IMG/VR virus record: IMGVR_UViG_3300009320_000011 | Span: 11,152 to 75,151 of that record | Origin: a virus | Reading direction: 5' to 3' (one strand) | Length of the DNA stretch: 64,000 nucleotides | The notes under the pieces: generated by a model | Seen by the model: only the letters and a program-made list of their open reading frames with translations | Databases searched by the model: none | What the model was told of the DNA's origin: nothing | Part shown: one piece after another, positions 57,707-64,000 of the stretch | Layout: each line of letters begins with the position of its first letter | How positions within the stretch are numbered: the stretch's first letter is position 1 | Position numbers and translations under genes: made by a program

Positions 57707-58051
57707 ATGACTGAAAATAACAAATACACATATACAGCGTATGTCATTGATGTATATGACGGAGATTCTATTGCCGTAGATATTGATCTCGGTTTTGGAA
57801 TGATAATGATAAATAAGAAGATCAGATTATATGATATCAATGCCCCTGAAATTCGTGGCGACCAAAGAGAGAGGGGGTTACTCAGCAAAGAATGGCTATC
57901 TAGTAAAATTGAAGGTGAAACAATTATACTAAAAACATATAAAGATAAAACTGGAAAGTATGGTGGGTATTTAGCTGATGTATATCTGAATGGTGAAAAC
58001 TTGAATCAACGAATGATTAAAGAAGGTTTTGCTGTCAAATATGGAAAATAA
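57707..58051 (+). CDS. Thermonuclease (SNase-like)
   Basis: VYDGDS, IRL..INAPE, GKYG.YL, N..MIKEG.A. Confidence 0.85.
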   Translation: MTENNKYTYTAYVIDVYDGDSIAVDIDLGFGMIMINKKIRLYDINAPEIRGDQRERGLLSKEWLSSKIEGETIILKTYKDKTGKYGGYLADVYLNGENLNQRMIKEGFAVKYGK

Positions 58052-58466
58052 TACTGAAATATTAATTGAAAAACGAAGAAAATATCGTCGTCAAGCAGAT
58101 GAACTAATTAAAACAAATGATAATTGTAAAGATTCTGCAAAAAGCTTAAATGATGAATGGAAAGAATATCAAGAATTAGAAAAGAATTTTATTGATTTAT
58201 ACCATTTACCAGAAGAAGAAGGAAGAAAAATTAAAAAAATACATAATTCGTTAGTTGAAAAATTAAGTGGAGTTTTAATCGGAACACCAGAAGCTATTCT
58301 AGCAATTATGATAGAAGGATATAGTATTGTTTGTGATGATGAACCCACGATTAATTATTATCAATGTTGTTATTTAGATGGAAAATATTATATAAGAATT
58401 GTTATAAATAATATATTATATAGAATATTACAACCAACAATGGGTGGGTTTTTACATTCAAAATAA
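58041..58466 (+). CDS. Hypothetical protein
   Basis: Intact ORF from ATG 58041. Confidence 0.5.
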   Translation: MENNTEILIEKRRKYRRQADELIKTNDNCKDSAKSLNDEWKEYQELEKNFIDLYHLPEEEGRKIKKIHNSLVEKLSGVLIGTPEAILAIMIEGYSIVCDDEPTINYYQCCYLDGKYYIRIVINNILYRILQPTMGGFLHSK

Positions 58467-58477
58467 AAAAAATAGTT

Positions 58478-58702
58478 ATGAAACCAAGAGAAAGAAAACC
58501 AGAAAATGTATTTAGAATTATTGATAGAGAAACCGGCAATGCTATTGGATCATATAGTCGAGCATATTGTGATGAATATGATTTTAATAGCGTGGAAGAA
58601 GCTAGATTAGCTAATTGTCATGGAGTTTTTGAAGATAAGGAAAAATATAAAATAGCAAAATACAAAGTTACATATACATTAATTGAAGATGATTGTGAAT
58701 AA
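58478..58702 (+). CDS. Hypothetical protein
   Basis: Intact ORF. Confidence 0.55.
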   Translation: MKPRERKPENVFRIIDRETGNAIGSYSRAYCDEYDFNSVEEARLANCHGVFEDKEKYKIAKYKVTYTLIEDDCE

Positions 58703-59339
58703 TTTAACCATAAGTTACGGAATTACTGCTTACAACGAGCACGAAGAAATGGATCGTCTATTATCCATAATTGAAAAATTCAAAAAAGAGCATGATGAAA
58801 TTGTTATATTGATAGATGACACAAATCCGGTTCCAACTGAATTAATGATTGTGATTGATGAGTATTCAAAAGAACCAAATAATAATCTATCGGTTCACTA
58901 TCATAAATTGAATAAACATTTTGGAGATCATAAAAATTACCTTAATTCTAAATGTCAGAATGACTGGATAGTAAATTTGGATGCTGATGAGTTTCCACAT
59001 GAATTCTTGATAAAAAATATACATGAAATACTTGAATCAAATCCAGAAGTTGAATTGTTTAGAGTACCAAGAGTAAATATAGTAGAGAATATTACGCAGG
59101 ATCATATAAATCGTTGGAGGTGGAAAGTAAATGAGAAGGGCTGGCTCCAGTGGCCAGATTTTCAGAGCCGCATATTTCGTAATACTCCAGAAATCCATTG
59201 GACAAATCCGGTACACGAAGTAATCGTGGGACACAAAACAGTTGTTGCTCTTCCAGCAGAAGAACAATTTTGTTTGTATCACCCGAAAAAAATCTCAAAA
59301 CAAGAACAACAAAATCAGTTTTATTCAACAATAGCATAA
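58689..59339 (+). CDS. GT-A glycosyltransferase (GT2-like)
   Basis: ITAYNE, WIVNLDADE, WPDFQ.R, VHE. Confidence 0.85.
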   Translation: MIVNNLTISYGITAYNEHEEMDRLLSIIEKFKKEHDEIVILIDDTNPVPTELMIVIDEYSKEPNNNLSVHYHKLNKHFGDHKNYLNSKCQNDWIVNLDADEFPHEFLIKNIHEILESNPEVELFRVPRVNIVENITQDHINRWRWKVNEKGWLQWPDFQSRIFRNTPEIHWTNPVHEVIVGHKTVVALPAEEQFCLYHPKKISKQEQQNQFYSTIA

Positions 59340-59345
59340 TGAATC

Positions 59346-59456
59346 ATGAAACGATCTAGAGAAAAAATGAATCTTTCTACTATAATGACTGTATTATTTG
59401 TTGCTTTAATGATATTGCTTGGTGTAGTGGGATTTATATATAAAATAACCAGATGA
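59346..59456 (+). CDS. Small single-TM protein (36 aa)
   Basis: Hand translation gives a hydrophobic helix; stop overlaps the next ATG. Confidence 0.45.
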   Translation: MKRSREKMNLSTIMTVLFVALMILLGVVGFIYKITR

Positions 59457-59695
59457 AAGAAGATCTAGTAAACTATCCAAAACACTATAATCATTATCCA
59501 ATAGAAGTAAATGATATGATGGTTAGTATTTGGGGTGTCGAAAAAACCATCGACTATTGTGTTATGAACGCGTTTAAGTATCGTATGAGATTATTTCAAA
59601 AGGGAGATGATGAAAAAGCAAAAGAAGATTTTGAAAAAGAACAATGGTATCTAAATAAAGCAAAAGAATTGAAGAATGAAAATATTAACAGTTAG
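59453..59695 (+). CDS. DUF3310 (SaV/nucleotide kinase-like) protein
   Basis: VNYPKHY, NAFKY..R...K..ED..K..WY. Confidence 0.75.
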   Translation: MKEDLVNYPKHYNHYPIEVNDMMVSIWGVEKTIDYCVMNAFKYRMRLFQKGDDEKAKEDFEKEQWYLNKAKELKNENINS

Positions 59696-59915
59696 AGAAC
59701 GGATAGATTGGTTTAAGGACAATGAACCAAAAAATTGGAAAAGTCCAACCGGAGAACCATGGTCAGAATTTATTGAAAATGATTTGTGTACTGGCTCGTT
59801 TTCATTATATAGTTATGCATTTAATAATCCATATTATTGTGGACCAACTCCATATACTGATGATGAAGCAAGACATATTCTTTTGGATGATTTTGATATA
59901 CCAAGAAAATTATGA
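59676..59915 (+). CDS. Hypothetical protein
   Basis: Intact ORF overlapping both neighbours. Confidence 0.5.
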   Translation: MKILTVRERIDWFKDNEPKNWKSPTGEPWSEFIENDLCTGSFSLYSYAFNNPYYCGPTPYTDDEARHILLDDFDIPRKL

Positions 59916-60967
59916 TTAAAATTAGACTACTCGAACCAGGACTGCATCGAAATGAAACGACTTTCAGGCCACTGTGGAAGTTAAAAGAAGAATTCAAAGA
60001 TGTTGGTATTGAATTTATATGGTCTAGCGATTCATATGATTTTGCATTTGTTGGACAAGCATCAATTATTGATAAAAAAGCTTCACTACAAGAATCAATC
60101 GACAAAGGACTGAATTTTCTAAATAATATAACCGGCGATTATATAATAGTAGATGGTCAGGATTCTACATCACCAATTGGGACAATCGATGCATTCAGAC
60201 ATGTACACAATAATAAAAACTGCAAATTATTTCTAAAAAACTCATACTTAAAAGATTTTGATTTATATAAAAAACCGTGGGTAAATGGTCGCATATATTG
60301 GGGTGCAGGCAACTATTCAGTTCCTGATATCGATGAACTCAAACCAAAAATGAAATTAACTGGTTGTAACTGGTTAAATACAATACCATATAAGTTTTTT
60401 CCATATAATGGAAAATATTATGATGTATCATGCATGTTTACATATCCATCACCAAAACCAGTATATGAACATGAATTATTACAATCAGAATATTATGATA
60501 AACACCGAGAAGAACTTCTTAAAATACTTGGCAATAGATATAATATAGCAAAACTGGGTACAGTTAAAAAAGTAGAATTAAATACATATTACAATATATT
60601 GGCTAATTCAAAAATTATTACGGCACCACTTGGTTATGGTGAAATGGCACCTCGAGATTTAGAATCAGCTTTATTGGGAGGAATCTTACTGAAGCCGAAT
60701 ATGGATCATATATCAACAATACCAAATATATACGTTGCAGGAGAAACATACATTTCAGTTAAATATGATTGGTCAGATGTGCTTGAAAAAATTGATGAAG
60801 TACTATCAAAATATGAACATTATCAGGAATATTATGTTGAGAACATGAGAAAGAAGATAACAGAGGAGCTTGATAAGAACAAATTTATTTTGTATATTTA
60901 TAGCTTATTTAAAGAATTAGACAATGTACAGATTAACAATGATAAAATTAATGTAAATGAAAATTAG
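59912..60967 (+). CDS. Putative GT-B glycosyltransferase
   Basis: SKI..APLGYGE...RD.ES...G..L.KP C-terminal motif. Confidence 0.6.
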   Translation: MIKIRLLEPGLHRNETTFRPLWKLKEEFKDVGIEFIWSSDSYDFAFVGQASIIDKKASLQESIDKGLNFLNNITGDYIIVDGQDSTSPIGTIDAFRHVHNNKNCKLFLKNSYLKDFDLYKKPWVNGRIYWGAGNYSVPDIDELKPKMKLTGCNWLNTIPYKFFPYNGKYYDVSCMFTYPSPKPVYEHELLQSEYYDKHREELLKILGNRYNIAKLGTVKKVELNTYYNILANSKIITAPLGYGEMAPRDLESALLGGILLKPNMDHISTIPNIYVAGETYISVKYDWSDVLEKIDEVLSKYEHYQEYYVENMRKKITEELDKNKFILYIYSLFKELDNVQINNDKINVNEN

Positions 60968-62069
60968 AGAAACACCATTAAAGGTATTAGCCCCAATTGG
61001 AGATAATAAAGATGTAGAATGCATTCGAGAGGTCATTGAAAGTGGCTGGTGGGGAAAAGGACCAAAAGTAGATGAATTTGAAGATAAATTTGCAAAAATG
61101 GTTGGATCCAAATATGCTTTGGCCGTAACAAGTAATTCTCACGGTCAGGATTTAATTATGAAAGCAATGGGATTTAGAGGAATTGATGTTATTAATCCAA
61201 CGATGTCTTTTGTAGCTACTGCAGTTATTCCATTGTGGAATGATTGCACTTCAAATATTGTTGATATAGACGCAGTAAATCTTAATATAACAGCCGATGA
61301 AGTAGCTAAACATAAAAAGGACAATTCCGAAGTGTGCATTGCAGTGAATATGGCTGGAATTCCCGCTCCAATAGATGATATACGAAAAGTATTTGGTGGG
61401 TTCATTATAGAAGATTGTGCTCATAGTTGTTATACAAAGGGAGCTGGATTGAAAGGGGACGCGGCCGTCTGGTCGTTTCAAGCTGTCAAAACAATGCCAA
61501 TGGGCGATGGTGGAATGATAACAACCAATGATAAGAATTTATATGAAAAGATGAAAGAAATGATATGGTTTGGTGTTTCTTCAACTTGGAGTAGAGCATC
61601 TGGTAAAAGCGATGTACGTGCTGGTTATTCTTGGGATTATCAAGTGAGTATACTTGGATATAAATATTATATGATTGATATCTTGGCTGCACTTGGGCTA
61701 TCACAGATGAAAAAATTACCACAATTTTTGGATACTCGCAGACATATTCAAAAAAGATATAATGAAGAATTATCTTCAGTAATAGAACGACCTGCATATT
61801 CTGATACTGTTCAGTATTACTGTGCTAGACTGCCCCAAAAAAGGGATCAACTCATTGATTATTTAGCAAGTAAGAAAATACATAGCTCTGTTCATTTCAA
61901 ACCACTACATTTATATAATCTATTGAAGGTTGATAAAAAAATATTGCCAGTATCGGAGAAAGAATGGGTGAAGTTACTTAGTCTACCATGTCATAGCGGA
62001 ATGACAGATGACGATGTTGATTATGTTGTATATTGGGTTAATAAATTTTGTGAAGAAAAATATAAATGA
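60957..62069 (+). CDS. DegT/DnrJ/EryC1/StrS sugar aminotransferase
   Basis: GPKV..FE, IIEDCAH, SFQAVK...GDGG, GYKY, LSLP. Confidence 0.9.
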   Translation: MKIRETPLKVLAPIGDNKDVECIREVIESGWWGKGPKVDEFEDKFAKMVGSKYALAVTSNSHGQDLIMKAMGFRGIDVINPTMSFVATAVIPLWNDCTSNIVDIDAVNLNITADEVAKHKKDNSEVCIAVNMAGIPAPIDDIRKVFGGFIIEDCAHSCYTKGAGLKGDAAVWSFQAVKTMPMGDGGMITTNDKNLYEKMKEMIWFGVSSTWSRASGKSDVRAGYSWDYQVSILGYKYYMIDILAALGLSQMKKLPQFLDTRRHIQKRYNEELSSVIERPAYSDTVQYYCARLPQKRDQLIDYLASKKIHSSVHFKPLHLYNLLKVDKKILPVSEKEWVKLLSLPCHSGMTDDDVDYVVYWVNKFCEEKYK

Positions 62070-62761
62070 AAAATAGACTTATTTTAGGCGACGGGCTACT
62101 CGGATCAGAATTGATTAAACAAACTGGTTGGGATTATATAAGTAGAAAAAAAGATGGCATAGATTTTACTATACCAAATACTTATAAATCTATGCTAATT
62201 GGTTATGATGAAATAATAAATTGTATAGCATATACTAAAACTTATGATGATAATAGAGAAAAACACTGGAAAGTTAATTATGATGGTGTGGCAAATTTAG
62301 TGGAGATATGCAATGAACTAAATAAAAAATTAATACACGTATCTACAGACTATGTATATACTTATAGTAAAATTGGAGCAAATGAAAATGATGTACCAGT
62401 ACATTGTAGAAGTTGGTATGGCTATACTAAATTATTATCGGATGGATATGTGCAATTGAAATCTAATAATTTTTTACTATTGAGAGGTACACATAAGATA
62501 AATCCATTTCCATATGAAAAAGCTTGGATAAATCAGATCGGCAATTTTGATTATGTTGATATTATATCTGAAAAAATCATCAAATTAATTGAAAATAATG
62601 CCACTGGAATATATAATGTTGGAACTGATATTAAGACAATGTATGATTTGGCCAGAATAACAAACAAAGATGCGAAACCAACTTGTGATTTAGTTGATGA
62701 ATCAACTCCAACTAATTTAATGATGGATGTATCTAAGCTTGAAAGTTTTTTAATAAAATAA
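62066..62761 (+). CDS. RmlD-like dTDP-4-dehydrorhamnose reductase
   Basis: GDGLLG, INCIAYT, HVSTDYV, YGYTK. Confidence 0.8.
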   Translation: MKNRLILGDGLLGSELIKQTGWDYISRKKDGIDFTIPNTYKSMLIGYDEIINCIAYTKTYDDNREKHWKVNYDGVANLVEICNELNKKLIHVSTDYVYTYSKIGANENDVPVHCRSWYGYTKLLSDGYVQLKSNNFLLLRGTHKINPFPYEKAWINQIGNFDYVDIISEKIIKLIENNATGIYNVGTDIKTMYDLARITNKDAKPTCDLVDESTPTNLMMDVSKLESFLIK

Positions 62762-62763
62762 TT

Positions 62764-63096
62764 ATGTATAAATTAGTTATAGCAGTAGATTTTGATGGTA
62801 CGATTGTAGAACATGATTTTCCAAGAATAGGAAAACCATTACCAAATGCGTTTGAAGTATTGAAAGAATTACAAAAAATGGGACATATACTTATATTATG
62901 GACGTGCAGAACTGAGAGATATTTAGAAGAGGCATATGATTATTGTGAACAAAATGGGGTCGAATTTGATTATTTGAATGAAAATGCAGCCGGCTCATTC
63001 AAAGATAAATCATTTGCTTGGCCAAAAATATATTATGATGCAATTATTGATGATCGCAATATTGGTGGATTTATTTCTAATACTAAACGATGTTAA
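62764..63096 (+). CDS. HAD-superfamily phosphatase (BT0820-like)
   Basis: AVDFDGTI, LILWTCR, IIDDRN. Confidence 0.8.
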   Translation: MYKLVIAVDFDGTIVEHDFPRIGKPLPNAFEVLKELQKMGHILILWTCRTERYLEEAYDYCEQNGVEFDYLNENAAGSFKDKSFAWPKIYYDAIIDDRNIGGFISNTKRC

Positions 63097-63102
63097 TAGA
63101 TA

Positions 63103-63786
63103 ATGAAAGTAGGAATCATAGTAACCACAAATTATTCTGATGAATTTAGACCAAATGGTTTGGAATTAATCAATGCGTTTTTATACACATTATCCCAGAG
63201 CATCAAACACGAAATTATTGTATATTTGTTTAATAATGAATCGACGAATATACTAGCATTGAATTTCCAAAATCAACCAAACATAAAAATAGATTATGAA
63301 TATGTGCAAGATCAGAAAAAACGTGGTCTAACCGGAACTTGGAATGATGGAGTAAATAAGGCGGTAAGAGACAACTGTGATGTGATTGTGGTGTGTTGTG
63401 ATGATATATTATTTAACAGTACAATCAACGATTTTGTTGAAATAATATTGAGTGATGAATATAGATATAATGCGATATTTGGACCAGTAACAAATGGGGT
63501 TTTATCACACCATCAATATAGAAAAGAGCCTGGAGACAAAATAATAGAATTTAATGATGATCATCATGTATTGAATGGATTTTGTTTTGGATTCAAAAGC
63601 GAGATAGCCGATATTTTTAAATATGATGAAAAACATTTATTTGATCCAAATATAAAATGGGGTGGTAATGAAGAGGAATTTATGAATCGAGTTAAATCCA
63701 AAGGAGGAAAACTGGTCATATTAGAACCATGTTGGGTACATCATCACAAAATAAGAGGATGGAAAAAAGTACAAAATGGAGGATAA
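63103..63786 (+). CDS. GT-A glycosyltransferase (GT2-like)
   Basis: WNDG, CCDDI, GPVTN, NGFC, VHH. Confidence 0.7.
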   Translation: MKVGIIVTTNYSDEFRPNGLELINAFLYTLSQSIKHEIIVYLFNNESTNILALNFQNQPNIKIDYEYVQDQKKRGLTGTWNDGVNKAVRDNCDVIVVCCDDILFNSTINDFVEIILSDEYRYNAIFGPVTNGVLSHHQYRKEPGDKIIEFNDDHHVLNGFCFGFKSEIADIFKYDEKHLFDPNIKWGGNEEEFMNRVKSKGGKLVILEPCWVHHHKIRGWKKVQNGG

Positions 63787-63787
63787 A

Positions 63788-64000
63788 ATGAAAAAATATA
63801 CAATTAGAAAAAATAGACATTATGCAAAAGGCTGGATTTGGAGATTGTTCAATGTGCATTTTGGCATAAAATCAGTGCAATATGAAGTTATGTTTAGCGA
63901 AAGCTGTTATTGGAGACCACCAAGAGATAAAGATGATTATGATTCTAACAAGCTATGTGGATTAGGTTTTGGCTTTAATCATCACAGAAATTCTATTAGA
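63788..64000 (+). CDS. Paralog of 12808, truncated by the window end
   Basis: MKKYTIRKNRHYA...YWRPPRDKDDYDSNKLCGLGFGFNHHRNSIR. Confidence 0.7.
   Translation, partial: MKKYTIRKNRHYAKGWIWRLFNVHFGIKSVQYEVMFSESCYWRPPRDKDDYDSNKLCGLGFGFNHHRNSIR

Noticed and set aside
1096-61797. Many minus-strand ORFs and alternative-frame plus-strand ORFs in the track (e.g. 15360-16061, 18815-19423, 49039-49239, 59722-59919)
   Set aside because: They overlap well-supported genes, lack motifs and RBSs, and look like shadow ORFs; only the minus-strand endonuclease at 9210-10676 is convincing
1-64000. tRNA or rRNA genes
   Set aside because: Intergenic gaps are short and AT-rich and I saw no cloverleaf or T-loop signatures; a tRNAscan/Infernal run would confirm

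Overview
A 64-kb, AT-rich, almost entirely + strand segment of a large T4-like (contractile-tailed) phage genome using the standard genetic code. The host is probably Bacteroidota/FCB, inferred from TTTG-N19-20-TAnnTTTG-like promoters, a Bacteroides-like NrdJ and a lipoprotein. Layout: ~1-24.8 kb is a virion module (neck, tail terminator, sheath, tube, frameshifted tail chaperone, tape measure, baseplate) interleaved with ~20 small ORFs that share conserved N-terminal leaders ending in [LI]-x-E. ~24.8-50 kb is replication (PolA-like protein, gp32, UvsX, 5'-3' exonuclease, helicase, three-piece split-intein NrdJ, PolB, clamp, split-intein clamp loader). ~41-64 kb holds methyltransferases, a radical SAM enzyme, glycosyltransferases and sugar enzymes. 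Most striking: two essential replication genes (5'-3' exonuclease and PolB) are each interrupted inside a catalytic-Asp motif by an in-frame 6-nt insert of the form codon-STOP-near-cognate codon. Each insert sits at the 3' end of a long RNA hairpin, suggesting a programmed 6-nt ribosomal hop or 6-nt RNA excision. Second: a modular family of leader-plus-variable-cargo proteins that looks like a capsid-targeting and injection system. All calls come from reading motifs by eye; no searches or folding programs were run.
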